Origin: a virus
Taxonomy: Duplodnaviria; Caudoviricetes
IMG/VR virus record: IMGVR_UViG_3300036971_000130
Length of the DNA: 64,000 nt
Strand: one strand, 5' to 3'
Notes under the pieces: generated by a model
Database searches by the model: none
Told to the model about the DNA's origin: nothing
The model's input: the letters and a program-made list of their open reading frames with translations, nothing else
Made by a program: the position numbers and the translations under genes
Part shown: positions 19,495 through 29,234 of the stretch, piece after piece
Layout of the letters: every line of letters begins with the position of its first letter
How positions within the stretch are numbered: position 1 is the stretch's first letter

Positions 19495-20013
19495 ATGCGC
19501 CGGAACCTGATCTACCTCGACATCGACGGTGTCCTGAACCCGGACGGCCAGAAGATCCTCCGCCACTGGCCGGACGCCCGGAAGTTCGACTCTCGGGTCG
19601 CAGCAACCGGGCCTGATCGAATCCTGCATCCGGCGTCGAAGATCAAGAGCTTCCGGCTGTGGCGCTCCCCGGCGCTGGTGGGTGCGCTGCTCGGCCTCGA
19701 CGCCGAGATCGTGTGGGCGACGACCTGGACGGAGTACCTCGACACGGTGATCGCCCCGAACTACGGCTTCCCGCTCGGCCTCGACCGGGTGGACTTCCAC
19801 GGTCCGACTCCGGCGGTCGGGTCCGGGAAGCTCCCGCTGGTCTCCGAGCATCTCGGTGCAGCGGGTGACGTTCGGGCGGTCTGGATCGACGACCTGCTGT
19901 CGAAGGACGAGTCCGAGTGGGCTGACGCCAACGGCGTCCTGGCGATCGCTACCACACCCTCGATCGGTCTCATCCAGGCTCACATCGAGTCGATCCGGGA
20001 ATGGCTCTCGTAG
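19495..20013 (+). CDS. HAD-domain phosphatase (Swiss-army-knife RNA-repair type)
   Basis: YLDIDGVLN, IVWATTW, K, WIDD. Confidence 0.8.
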   Translation: MRRNLIYLDIDGVLNPDGQKILRHWPDARKFDSRVAATGPDRILHPASKIKSFRLWRSPALVGALLGLDAEIVWATTWTEYLDTVIAPNYGFPLGLDRVDFHGPTPAVGSGKLPLVSEHLGAAGDVRAVWIDDLLSKDESEWADANGVLAIATTPSIGLIQAHIESIREWLS

Positions 20014-20121
20014 GTTTCGGCCCAGAACAGCCTGATTCTGCCCGATTTTGCCGTTTCCGGGCCTCTGAGCGCCCCGGATGGTCTCTGGGTCATCCGCTAC
20101 CCTCAGAGGCTTAGAGCGGCT

Positions 20122-20141
20122 CTATGCACGATCGTGCATAG
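20122..20141. promoter_or_regulatory. perfect 20-bp palindrome, candidate operator
   Basis: CTATGCACGATCGTGCATAG upstream of TACAAT box (20161). Confidence 0.45.
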
Positions 20142-20185
20142 TTATGCTTGACAGGAGGGCTACAATCGGGCGTCAACCAGGAGGT

Positions 20186-20540
20186 CGTAGATGTCGATGG
20201 TTGCCGTAACACAAGCCGTACAGGAGACGGGGACGACCAAGAGCGGTCGATTCTCGACGAGTTGGTGGATGCTCGAAACCGAGTGCCGCCACATCGTTCG
20301 ACGGCCCGTGAAGTTCATCCCCGGAGCGTCCGGCGGACGACGAGGGTGGGCACTGCTGCATCACCCGCCTGCCTCCGATGACAGCCTGCCACCTCCAACG
20401 AAGGTGAAGTGCCCCATGTGCAACGGGGACGGTTGACCGACAATCGTCTGCAAGCCGAACACCACCGACGCCTCGGACTGAAGTTGGACATGGGCGAACA
20501 CACCACCCATGATGAGTACATGGAACTTCTCAGCACCACC
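20186..20540 (+). repeat. 355-bp direct repeat, copy 1
   Basis: Matches 21221-21575 with one difference seen (20512 A / 21547 T). Confidence 0.95.
20191..20436 (+). CDS. small Cys/His (Zn-ribbon-like) protein, copy 1
   Basis: RBS aggagg; ECRH...CPMC. Confidence 0.65.
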   Translation: MSMVAVTQAVQETGTTKSGRFSTSWWMLETECRHIVRRPVKFIPGASGGRRGWALLHHPPASDDSLPPPTKVKCPMCNGDG

Positions 20541-20552
20541 CATGATGGCCCC

Positions 20553-21104
20553 ATGATCCACACCGCTGTCCTCTCCGGGGTCGACAAGGCAACGCACACG
20601 CCAGTCGAGCACTTCGTCGTCTGGCTGAACGCCCGAGCGACCTGTCCCGGCTGCGACCAGTCCGACCGACCTGTGGTCCGAGACATCCCGGTGATGGTCG
20701 ACGACCGAGGCGACATCCAGGCAGTCAGCCAGCAGCACGGATGTGGTTCTTGGTGGGGGCCGGACTGGGACTCGATCAAGCTCGGGTCCGATGATGACGA
20801 CGACCGCAAGGCCGTCATCACCCACGCTCTCGTGAGGCAGGCGGAAGAAAACCGATCGGCGGATCGCCAGGTGGTCAAGGAATCCCTCGAAAGCGACATC
20901 AGGTGGGTCCTGTCGCTCGTCAACGACACGCACGATCCCGACATCGAAGACCTTGACGATCTCCGTTTGGAGATGTCCACGGGCAACGAGGCCAACCCCG
21001 GCGTGTACTTCGACGACGACAAGATCGTCGCCTGGACCTACGACCCGTGGTCCGAGGATATGACGGAGCCGGAACTCATCACGGTCACCGAGACAGTCCG
21101 ATGA
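20553..21104 (+). CDS. hypothetical protein with CxxC
   Basis: Leaderless start after CATGAT 20541-20546. Confidence 0.65.
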   Translation: MIHTAVLSGVDKATHTPVEHFVVWLNARATCPGCDQSDRPVVRDIPVMVDDRGDIQAVSQQHGCGSWWGPDWDSIKLGSDDDDDRKAVITHALVRQAEENRSADRQVVKESLESDIRWVLSLVNDTHDPDIEDLDDLRLEMSTGNEANPGVYFDDDKIVAWTYDPWSEDMTEPELITVTETVR

Positions 21105-21244
21105 GGAAGGTCATCCACGTCCACCAGCACAAGATCAAGAGGGGCGAACCGGCGATCATCGTCCGGACCTACAAGGGGTCCAGGCACTACACGAGGGTCG
21201 AGATCAACGGGCCGTCGGTGCGTAGATGTCGATGGTTGCCGTAA
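21101..21244 (+). pseudogene. 3'-truncated small phage-type gene (IHVHQH...VRTYK...VEINGPS)
   Basis: ATGA coupling; runs out of frame into repeat copy 2 at 21221. Confidence 0.55.
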
Positions 21245-21575
21245 CACAAGCCGTACAGGAGACGGGGACGACCAAGAGCGGTCGATTCTCGACGAGTTGG
21301 TGGATGCTCGAAACCGAGTGCCGCCACATCGTTCGACGGCCCGTGAAGTTCATCCCCGGAGCGTCCGGCGGACGACGAGGGTGGGCACTGCTGCATCACC
21401 CGCCTGCCTCCGATGACAGCCTGCCACCTCCAACGAAGGTGAAGTGCCCCATGTGCAACGGGGACGGTTGACCGACAATCGTCTGCAAGCCGAACACCAC
21501 CGACGCCTCGGACTGAAGTTGGACATGGGCGAACACACCACCCATGTTGAGTACATGGAACTTCTCAGCACCACC
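21221..21575 (+). repeat. 355-bp direct repeat, copy 2
   Basis: See copy 1. Confidence 0.95.
21226..21471 (+). CDS. small Cys/His protein, copy 2 (RBS lost)
   Basis: Identical translation to 20191-20436. Confidence 0.55.
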   Translation: MSMVAVTQAVQETGTTKSGRFSTSWWMLETECRHIVRRPVKFIPGASGGRRGWALLHHPPASDDSLPPPTKVKCPMCNGDG

Positions 21576-21896
21576 AACGCCAAGACCGGGAACTTCGTCC
21601 GCCAACTCCTGGTGACCGACACCGTGATCTACGAGATCGTCGCCGTCTCCCCGAGCGGCAAGACCGTGACCCTCCGGACCACCAAGCAGGCCGTCGAGAA
21701 CGGCAAGCCGGTCGTCCGGTCCGAGACCAACCCGAACGGATCGCCGTACCCGATGTCCTACATCATGCAGGAGGCCGACCCGCTCGGACGGGTCTTCACC
21801 AGCCGGGTGAACAGCCTCGGTCAGTTCGGCCCCTTCCAGGGCAAGCCGCTCTACAACATCGAGGTCCCCGAGCGTCGGGTCGACATGTCCTTCTGA
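21555..21896 (+). CDS. hypothetical protein
   Basis: TGGACA-N17-CATGTT, leaderless. Confidence 0.7.
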   Translation: MELLSTTNAKTGNFVRQLLVTDTVIYEIVAVSPSGKTVTLRTTKQAVENGKPVVRSETNPNGSPYPMSYIMQEADPLGRVFTSRVNSLGQFGPFQGKPLYNIEVPERRVDMSF

Positions 21897-22144
21897 GCCT
21901 CCGCCTGAGCCGGAAGGCTCCCGAGGCCCTTCGAGACTTTGACCCGGTTCCCCGCCATGAGGGTGAACCGGGTCAGAGTTTTTGTCGTGAACCCCTCTCC
22001 TTCACAGACCTCGGCGGAAGCGCCGACAGCGCCGTGCTTGATGATCGCCTTCTTGGCTTCGGACTTCGCCAGCGTCAGCGCATCGAAGGTCTCCGACGCT
22101 GCGACGGTAAGTCCCTTGTCGACGATGATGAACCGGTAGGACAT
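21851..22144 (-). CDS. hypothetical protein
   Basis: Leaderless start after TAGCCT. Confidence 0.55.
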   Translation of the reverse strand: MSYRFIIVDKGLTVAASETFDALTLAKSEAKKAIIKHGAVGASAEVCEGEGFTTKTLTRFTLMAGNRVKVSKGLGSLPAQAEAQKDMSTRRSGTSML

Positions 22145-22220
22145 CCGGCGAGGCTATCCAAAGGCGTCCGTTTCGTCTAGGTTGGTCCGATCCACCCTGA
22201 ACCAAGAGTAGGGTTCCGCC

Positions 22221-22979
22221 ATGCCACCACGGAAGCGTGCGGCCTCGAAGACGGCCAAGAAGACCCCAGCGAAGAAGGCTCCCCCGAAGCCGAAGCTCGA
22301 CCTGAACTCGGTCGTGCCCAAGGGCGTCCGGACCGATGAGCAGAAGGCGTACTGGTCGACGAGAACCAAGTCGGGCACCTCGGGGATCGTGGAAGTCCAC
22401 ACCGGCGACGTGACTCAGGCGATCGTGGACTTCATCCTGGCGTCCCCGTCGATCGTCGGAGCCGTGGCGTGGCTGACCTCGGGGCCGATGCTCGAAGCGA
22501 TGTCGCTCGTCGGGGATGTGACCATCCTCGTGCAGAAGGAAGCGGACCTTCAGGGCAAGACCGCCCAGTCGAGAGCCCAGTTGGCGAAGTACCGTGCGAT
22601 CGGCAACGGAGTCCTGAAGAACGCTCTCCCGGAGCCGATCAGCCAAGCCCGATGCGGGCCTCGCCTCGGCCCCGTCCGTTCCGTCGGTGCCATCCACGGC
22701 CGGTCGTCGAGGCACACACCTCGGATGCACAACAAGTTCTTGGTCCGAGGTCACTACCGTGGTCGCACCTGGGTTCCTGAAGCTGTCCTCACCGGTTCAT
22801 CGAACGGCTCGATCAACGCCGGGTACTCGTTGGAGAACATCCTGATCGTCCATGACCCGGATGTCGCCGCCTTCTACCTCGACTACTTCGCTCGGATGGC
22901 AGCGATCTCCGAACCGATGAACTCGGTGCATCGCACCGTGCAGCCAGAGTGGGTTCAGCAGCCCCCGGCGAAGAAGTGA
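22221..22979 (+). CDS. phospholipase D-like (HKD) nuclease
   Basis: AVAWLT, MHNKFLV, LTGSSN, SLEN. Confidence 0.82.
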   Translation: MPPRKRAASKTAKKTPAKKAPPKPKLDLNSVVPKGVRTDEQKAYWSTRTKSGTSGIVEVHTGDVTQAIVDFILASPSIVGAVAWLTSGPMLEAMSLVGDVTILVQKEADLQGKTAQSRAQLAKYRAIGNGVLKNALPEPISQARCGPRLGPVRSVGAIHGRSSRHTPRMHNKFLVRGHYRGRTWVPEAVLTGSSNGSINAGYSLENILIVHDPDVAAFYLDYFARMAAISEPMNSVHRTVQPEWVQQPPAKK

Positions 22980-23173
22980 TGGGGCTCAACCTAGGTACGC
23001 TCTGGCCTGGGTCCGTGCTGTCGTTCCTGATCGGGTACGGGCTCTTTCGTTGGCGGCTCCGCAAGAAGGACCCGGTCGGAGCAGCCAGATGTCTGGTTGT
23101 CGGTTTCGGGGTCTCCGCTCTCCTGTTCATGGCCCCGATCGCTCACGCACGGCTGGATTGCTACTCGTGCTGA
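22979..23173 (+). CDS. small membrane protein
   Basis: Two hydrophobic segments, coupled start. Confidence 0.5.
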   Translation: MGLNLGTLWPGSVLSFLIGYGLFRWRLRKKDPVGAARCLVVGFGVSALLFMAPIAHARLDCYSC

Positions 23174-23392
23174 CCCCGACCCATGATGACGGCATGAACA
23201 GACTCGCCTACCTCATCGGTACCGCTGTCGCCGCCGTCGTGGTCGGAACAGCGAACCGGCTGCTGGGTCTCCGTGGAGGTTCCCGATGACATCGGCCATC
23301 CTGATCCTTCTGGTGCTCGCCGCTCTCGCTGCGCTCACGATCATCGTCGTCTACGGTGACGCTGGGTCGGTCCGCTCCTACGTCAAGGACGC

Positions 23393-23770
23393 TTGGTTGC
23401 GGGTCAACGTCAAGATGTCGTCAAGGATCGACTCGGCCCTGGAACGGGAGGAAGACCGTTGATCTACACGTCCAAGTTCTTCGATCGACCGGGGCTCGAA
23501 CCTGTCGAGTACCGGATCATCTCAGACGAGGAAGCGATGCCCGAGCTTCTTCGTCGGGCGCAGGCGTCCGCAGCCAATGACGACGCCGACGGCGTGGTCC
23601 TGAACCGGGTGCTCGCTGTCGGTCCCTTCCGGCTGATGTCCCGCAAGGAGGTCTCGGCTCCCACGAGTCGCTGGCCGCAACTCGTGGCCGAGAACTTCGG
23701 TCCGACCACCACGATCGGACTCAACTTCCGTTCGACGCTCCACACGACCACAGCCTGGAAGGCAACATGA
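23393..23770 (+). CDS. hypothetical protein (start uncertain)
   Basis: ORF coupled to next gene. Confidence 0.45.
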   Translation: MVAGQRQDVVKDRLGPGTGGRPLIYTSKFFDRPGLEPVEYRIISDEEAMPELLRRAQASAANDDADGVVLNRVLAVGPFRLMSRKEVSAPTSRWPQLVAENFGPTTTIGLNFRSTLHTTTAWKAT

Positions 23771-24108
23771 AGTTCGTTCTGAACATCCCCGGATGGGACC
23801 CGACCGAGACCAATGTCGAGGTCATCAACCCGCCTGCCGACCTCGACGAGAACGAAGACCTCCTGGTCGAGATCACGGAGTCGATGGTCAGAAGCCTTCC
23901 TTGGAAGCCCGCTCCCGGCGAAGCGTGGAGCGTCTTCCTTCGGAACCGATCGGTCTTCGGGGTGAAGATCGGACTGTCCACTCAGCGTGGCTCCTGGCTT
24001 TTGAGGGTTCGCTTCCCGAAGGTCAGCTTCCGACTGCGTGCGAACGGGCTGTTCGTCAGCTTTCGTCACGGGACCGACTACCGTGCTGCGGTCCTCATCT
24101 GGCGCTGA
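23767..24108 (+). CDS. hypothetical protein
   Basis: ATGA coupling. Confidence 0.55.
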   Translation: MKFVLNIPGWDPTETNVEVINPPADLDENEDLLVEITESMVRSLPWKPAPGEAWSVFLRNRSVFGVKIGLSTQRGSWLLRVRFPKVSFRLRANGLFVSFRHGTDYRAAVLIWR

Positions 24109-24132
24109 CCGACGCCACCCATGATGTTCAAC

Positions 24133-25095
24133 ATGGAACCAGTCATCTACAGCGGCAACCTCTACTACCGAGACGGCATTCCGACCCCGACAGGGGAGTC
24201 GTTCATCACCGACGACGGATTCGAGTTCCTTCGGGTCCCTCACCGGGTTCTCCGGACGGCCGTCGTCGAGAATGGTGAGGCGCTCGTCAAGTCGGCGGGA
24301 ACTAGCGTCCCCGTCAGGGATCTGAAGCCCGGCATGTACGTCAACGGCGAGCGGGTCAAGATGATCGGCGTCGGGAAAGACAAGCAATTCACGGCATGGA
24401 CCGACGATGGCACGCCGATCCCCCTGCTCGACACGGTGTTCGTCGACGGCTGTGTCCCTGTCTCCCCTCCCAAGTCGTTCATCCCCCGTTCCGTCGACAG
24501 AGGCGACCTCTACGTGGTCAACGGCAAGGTCCACACCGTCATCAGCACGAGCGTCGGCGGCGGCATGGTCCTCACAGCGAGAGGCCAGAGCACCAAGTAC
24601 ATCCGCATCCCCAATGATGCCGAGAAGCTCGACCGGAACCTCGTCGACAACTGGATCGACAACACGCCGATCCCACTCGACCCGGCTGCCCTCTCCCGCA
24701 TGCTGGTTCAGGGGCGAGTCGAGTTCTTCGAGGTGGACCCCGCCGGGCGAGAGGAACTGACCATCGACGGGGATGTTCGCTCTGGGACATGGCGCACTGT
24801 GACCGGTGTGCGGTTCAACTACGACCTTCGGTACTACCGGATCGTCGACCGTGACACGTTCGACTTCGCAACGATGATGGACGCCATCAAGAACGGGCGT
24901 GTCAGCATCAGGGGGTTCAACGTGGACTTCATCGAGTTCGATCCTGACCTCAGTCGGCCGTGGACCTTCGGCGGAGGTTCACAGAAGCACCTGGCATCGC
25001 TCACGGATAGCCAGGTCGCAGCCGCCGAAGTCTTCGATGTCAAGGTCAACCCGCACAACGCCGAGCAGATGAACTACGTTCTCTGCATCGACTGA
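24133..25095 (+). CDS. hypothetical protein
   Basis: Long ORF, leaderless start. Confidence 0.75.
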   Translation: MEPVIYSGNLYYRDGIPTPTGESFITDDGFEFLRVPHRVLRTAVVENGEALVKSAGTSVPVRDLKPGMYVNGERVKMIGVGKDKQFTAWTDDGTPIPLLDTVFVDGCVPVSPPKSFIPRSVDRGDLYVVNGKVHTVISTSVGGGMVLTARGQSTKYIRIPNDAEKLDRNLVDNWIDNTPIPLDPAALSRMLVQGRVEFFEVDPAGREELTIDGDVRSGTWRTVTGVRFNYDLRYYRIVDRDTFDFATMMDAIKNGRVSIRGFNVDFIEFDPDLSRPWTFGGGSQKHLASLTDSQVAAAEVFDVKVNPHNAEQMNYVLCID

Positions 25096-25878
25096 GTGGA
25101 GTTGCCGATGACCGGCTCGAAGAAGGTTCGGTTCGCTGAACTCGAAGCACGAGGGTGGACCCGTGAGATCGCTGGTCTCTACGGGCTACGGCCCCGTTCG
25201 CACTGGTGGGAGATCGACGAAGCTCTCCGCATCGAGAAGTCAGGCCGCTGGCAACGTGATCGTGATGCGGTAGCCCGAGGTGAGACGATCGTCTTCACGA
25301 AGGCGATGCTCATTCCCCGAGGGTGGACCGACGGGTCGATCAAGACCTTCCTCGGTGAGCCCGATCATGTCGTCGACCTCCCGAAGAAGCGCAAGGCGTT
25401 CTACTGGCGTTCCGGTCGTGTCCTGCATGCCGAGGCAAGCCCGGAGTGGCAGGAGAAGGCCCAGAAGGTGCTCTCGGAGCGTCCGAAACGTTCCGCTGCG
25501 GTCCAGCAGGTGATGGACACGAAGATCGCTGCGGTGAAAGCCGCTTCGGAGGAACAGGTCGAGAGCCTGTGGATCAGGGTCCCGGCAGGGTCCACGATCA
25601 GCGGCCTCACCGAGAAGGCGATCAGGTCCCAGGTCGACTGGCTCCGAGAGAAGAAGGGCATCGACTACAACGTCTCGAAGATGACCGATGCCGACCGAGC
25701 GAAGTGGCTCCGGAACTACGTCAGGCACGAGTTGACGAACTACGACACGCTGCTCCGAGGTCTATCTGCCCGGTTCCGTGGTCAGCCTGGTGTCGTCGCC
25801 ATGTACGAGGAAGTGGTCCGGCCTCACGTCGACCGGATGGTCGAAGACGCTCTGGCTGAGTTGCCCGACCACCCATGA
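25096..25878 (+). CDS. hypothetical protein (RGWT repeats, NYVRHELTNYD)
   Basis: Long ORF with strong codon bias. Confidence 0.72.
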   Translation: MELPMTGSKKVRFAELEARGWTREIAGLYGLRPRSHWWEIDEALRIEKSGRWQRDRDAVARGETIVFTKAMLIPRGWTDGSIKTFLGEPDHVVDLPKKRKAFYWRSGRVLHAEASPEWQEKAQKVLSERPKRSAAVQQVMDTKIAAVKAASEEQVESLWIRVPAGSTISGLTEKAIRSQVDWLREKKGIDYNVSKMTDADRAKWLRNYVRHELTNYDTLLRGLSARFRGQPGVVAMYEEVVRPHVDRMVEDALAELPDHP

Positions 25879-25928
25879 TGTGATCGGCCGATCAAGTCGA
25901 TGGTCTGACCACATCACGGGAGACACCC

Positions 25929-26390
25929 ATGAAGAACCTTCGCAACATCGCCTTGCTGCTCGTCACTTTCACTGCGTTCGCCGTCCAAGGTGGCACAGCG
26001 TCGGCATCGCCATCCAACGACCTCGCCGTCGACAAGTTCGCCTACGAGAACGAGGACGACCTGACCTTCAAGGCCGTGTGGGTCGTCGAGAACAACGGGG
26101 CTTCGTCGTCGGCTTCACAGCCTCTCGTCGACATCGTTCAGGACGGCTACAAGGTCATCCGGGCTTCCAACGGCGGTGTGTACGACCAGAAGAAGAACAC
26201 CGTCGAGTGGGACCTGCCTGCCATCCAGCCCGGAGAGCAGATCAAGCTCACGGCGGTCATCGGCCGTTCCACGGCGACCACCGATGAAGCGGTGGCTTCC
26301 GAGACCGACAACACGCTGAAGTACGTCGCTGCGGCCTTCGGTCTCGCCCTGCTGACCGGCCTGATCTACCGTCGGTCCTTCACCAGTTGA
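25929..26390 (+). CDS. secreted Ig-like protein with C-terminal membrane anchor
   Basis: Signal peptide, V.N.G...W.L..I.PGE, C-terminal TM + RR. Confidence 0.68.
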   Translation: MKNLRNIALLLVTFTAFAVQGGTASASPSNDLAVDKFAYENEDDLTFKAVWVVENNGASSSASQPLVDIVQDGYKVIRASNGGVYDQKKNTVEWDLPAIQPGEQIKLTAVIGRSTATTDEAVASETDNTLKYVAAAFGLALLTGLIYRRSFTS

Positions 26391-26437
26391 TGGCGTGACG
26401 TTGGACGCCACAGCAACCGCCAACCCATGATGGTGGC

Positions 26438-26821
26438 ATGACCAAGACCTTCACCAAGCGTGTCCGCTCGTTCGCAGACACCCTCACCGAAACGATCGGA
26501 CGCATCCAGTTCGTCGAGCAGGATGCCGACGCCACTGGCCCGATGATCGTCGAGTTCAACTCGTACATCCACGACGAGATGGCCGGAGGAAGGATCAAGT
26601 CGCTGACCATCAGCGACACCGAGACCCCCGGCTCCATCAAGGGGTCGCCCTGGAAGGCGAAGCGGGTCCGTAACATCTGGTTCGTGACCTTCACCTTCCG
26701 GGTCGAGGAAAGCGACTACGACATCACAGCGGTCGACGTGACGATCGAGTCGAAGACGACCCCCTCCCTCGAAGATGTCATGTACCTCTCGTGGACGACC
26801 GACCGACTGGACAACCGATGA
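26438..26821 (+). CDS. hypothetical protein, tandem paralogue 1
   Basis: Shares SYIH, LTISDTETPGS, MYLSW with next gene. Confidence 0.75.
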   Translation: MTKTFTKRVRSFADTLTETIGRIQFVEQDADATGPMIVEFNSYIHDEMAGGRIKSLTISDTETPGSIKGSPWKAKRVRNIWFVTFTFRVEESDYDITAVDVTIESKTTPSLEDVMYLSWTTDRLDNR

Positions 26822-27189
26822 GCAAGACCTTTACCACGAACATCGAATCGACCGTCTACACCTTCGACGACGAGGTCGGCCCCGTCCAGTTCCTCATCCA
26901 AGGGCCGGACGATCACGAGTCCATGATGGTCGATTGCGACTCGTACATCCACGGGGATGTAGTCGATGGGGACTCGATCAAGACGTTGACCATCAGCGAC
27001 ACCGAGACCCCCGGTTCCATGAGGGGCAAGCCCCGGAAGGCCAACGAGATCGGTGGACGGTGGTACGTCACCTACGTCTTCCAGGTCGACGGAGCGGACT
27101 TCGCCCTGACCTATGTCGGTGTGCAAGTCCCCGTCGACGGGACCCCCGATCTCAACGAGGGCATGTACCTCTCGTGGAGGACCGCATGA
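26818..27189 (+). CDS. hypothetical protein, tandem paralogue 2
   Basis: See previous. Confidence 0.75.
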   Translation: MSKTFTTNIESTVYTFDDEVGPVQFLIQGPDDHESMMVDCDSYIHGDVVDGDSIKTLTISDTETPGSMRGKPRKANEIGGRWYVTYVFQVDGADFALTYVGVQVPVDGTPDLNEGMYLSWRTA

Positions 27190-27593
27190 GTTACCAGGTC
27201 GATCTGCCAGCCGGTACCTACTACGTGGGTGACCCTGTCCACACGATCCCCGAGGATCGCTTCGATCGGTGGTTCCGGGACGCTCAACTGCACTCCGAGG
27301 TCGCATTCTCGGCGCACCGAGCGTTCGGCCAGGACTACGGCCAGGACACGTTCATGGAAGCGAAGATCGACGGGAAGCTCGCTGTCGGCGCTGAGACGAA
27401 CAGCCGGAAGCGGACCTACGTCGGCAGCAACGGCTTCTTCTTCTACATCGAGACCGGCCTACTCGGGGTCGTCCCCGTCGAGGTCGGAGTCCCCTCCGGT
27501 CTCAGTCAGGTCGTGACCTTCGAGGACGATTTCTCCTGTTCGAACGACTACGAGATCATCACGATCGGTGACATCAAGATCAGCACGATGTAG
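27186..27593 (+). CDS. hypothetical protein (GTYYVGDP family)
   Basis: Paralogue of 14478-15002. Confidence 0.7.
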   Translation: MSYQVDLPAGTYYVGDPVHTIPEDRFDRWFRDAQLHSEVAFSAHRAFGQDYGQDTFMEAKIDGKLAVGAETNSRKRTYVGSNGFFFYIETGLLGVVPVEVGVPSGLSQVVTFEDDFSCSNDYEIITIGDIKISTM

Positions 27594-27602
27594 CATGCCT
27601 CG

Positions 27603-28121
27603 ATGGTGACCGACCCGTGCTTCGCAAGGTTCTCTCCGCACTCGGATCTGCACCTCGGGGTCAGAGGCCACGACAGCCAGCGACGTGATCGACTGGTCGA
27701 CGCCGTTGCTTCGGAGGCTGCTGATGGTGGGTGGCCGGTCATCGAGGTCAACACCAGGACCACTTCGAGGTGCGAGTCTGCGCTCGGTCAGATCGAAGCG
27801 GAGATCCACCATCGCCTCATGTCGAAGCTGACTCCGTCACCGTTCCTGGTGGTGGTCTCATCGGTCACCGACCTCCTGGATCGCACGAGCCCGGCGGTGT
27901 TGGGCCAGATCGTCCGGCACGGCCACAAGGCTGGGTTCCATGTCCTGGCTGGCTTCGACGGCACGTTCAGCACCGGTGCGTCGATCATCTCGGAGGCGAT
28001 CCCGACCTGGATGCATCTCGATCCTGTACGCCACATCGAGTCGAACGAGAACCTCCGCTCGAACGAGATGGTCCTGGCTCGCACATCGAGGTTCGATGTG
28101 GTCGAAGTGTCCGTTCCTTGA
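27603..28121 (+). CDS. degenerate FtsK-like P-loop domain
   Basis: EIHHR...FLVVV...IVRHGHKAGFHV; Walker A/B eroded. Confidence 0.5.
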   Translation: MVTDPCFARFSPHSDLHLGVRGHDSQRRDRLVDAVASEAADGGWPVIEVNTRTTSRCESALGQIEAEIHHRLMSKLTPSPFLVVVSSVTDLLDRTSPAVLGQIVRHGHKAGFHVLAGFDGTFSTGASIISEAIPTWMHLDPVRHIESNENLRSNEMVLARTSRFDVVEVSVP

Positions 28122-28174
28122 CAGGCCGATGAACAGGCTGTAGACAGTCGCATCCCCATTCAAGGAGTTTCTGA

Positions 28175-28645
28175 ATGACTGACGCCACGTTCGCCGGGTG
28201 GAATGGCCTGATCGTTGCCGGAGACGACGAGCACACGATGGGTGCCGTCCATGCCGTACTCGAAGGCGAGTACGACCTCGTTCCGTTCCCGTCCAGCCGT
28301 GTCCCGAACCTCGAAGCCCTCAACGGTGAGTTCAGCCGCCGTCACGAGAAGGCCGTTGCTCGGGGAGGGAACCAGTTCAGTTCTCCCCTCGGCCGTCATC
28401 TCGTGCTGGTCGTCGACGAGAGGACCGACAAGAAGACCGACGACGAGGCCCAGGCCGTGATGACCAAGATCGCCCGTGAAGGGCGTTCGTACTGCGTCTC
28501 CTTCGTCCATCTCACTGGTGAGGAACTGCCGGTGAACCACGACCCGATGGTTGCGAAGCTCTCCGTCGGAGAGCCCACGGAGAGCCATCACACCGGCTCG
28601 TACGAGTTCGGTTCAGCGACGATCCCGCTGTCCCTCCCACTCTGA
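28175..28645 (+). CDS. degenerate FtsK-like P-loop domain
   Basis: EFSRR...LVLVVDE...KIAREGRS; no Walker A. Confidence 0.5.
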   Translation: MTDATFAGWNGLIVAGDDEHTMGAVHAVLEGEYDLVPFPSSRVPNLEALNGEFSRRHEKAVARGGNQFSSPLGRHLVLVVDERTDKKTDDEAQAVMTKIAREGRSYCVSFVHLTGEELPVNHDPMVAKLSVGEPTESHHTGSYEFGSATIPLSLPL

Positions 28646-28760
28646 TCACTCGACAGCGGTTTCATCCGCTAGTCTGAGATCGAGGACCGCCCTGGCCTCG
28701 GCTTTCCGTCGGCCGAAGGAGGGGCGGTCCTCCCCTTTCAAGACGGAACAGAGGAACGCC

Positions 28761-29234
28761 ATGCAAGACATCAAGCCCAAGGACATCTCCTACCTGCGGA
28801 TGTGCCTGTCGATCGCCAACGAGTTCTCTACCTGCGGGAAGCGCCAGTACGCAGCGATCATCGTCGACCACCGTGGCACGGTCATCGCCACCGGCTACAA
28901 CGGCACGCCGTCGGGGTTCGAGCACTGCAAGGACGGCGGCTGCCCGAGGTTCTTGGAGAACACCCCGTCGGGGACGAGCTACGGGAACTGCCTCTCGGTT
29001 CACGCTGAGGTCAACGCCATCATCCGTTCGACTCCGGCGACCCGTGAACGGTCGACCCTCTACGTGAACGGCCTGCCGTGCTGGGACTGTGCGAAGGTCA
29101 TCATCGGTTCCGGCATCCCTCGGGTTGTCTGCCTCGGTGGACGTGACACCCTCGACGAGAAGTTGGTGATCGACCTGTTCGGCAGATCCGAGGTTTGGTT
29201 CCACGAGGTTCCGCCATCCATGTTGGAGGCATGA
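28761..29234 (+). CDS. dCMP deaminase
   Basis: STC.KR, TGYNG, HAEVNA, PCWDC. Confidence 0.9.
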   Translation: MQDIKPKDISYLRMCLSIANEFSTCGKRQYAAIIVDHRGTVIATGYNGTPSGFEHCKDGGCPRFLENTPSGTSYGNCLSVHAEVNAIIRSTPATRERSTLYVNGLPCWDCAKVIIGSGIPRVVCLGGRDTLDEKLVIDLFGRSEVWFHEVPPSMLEA

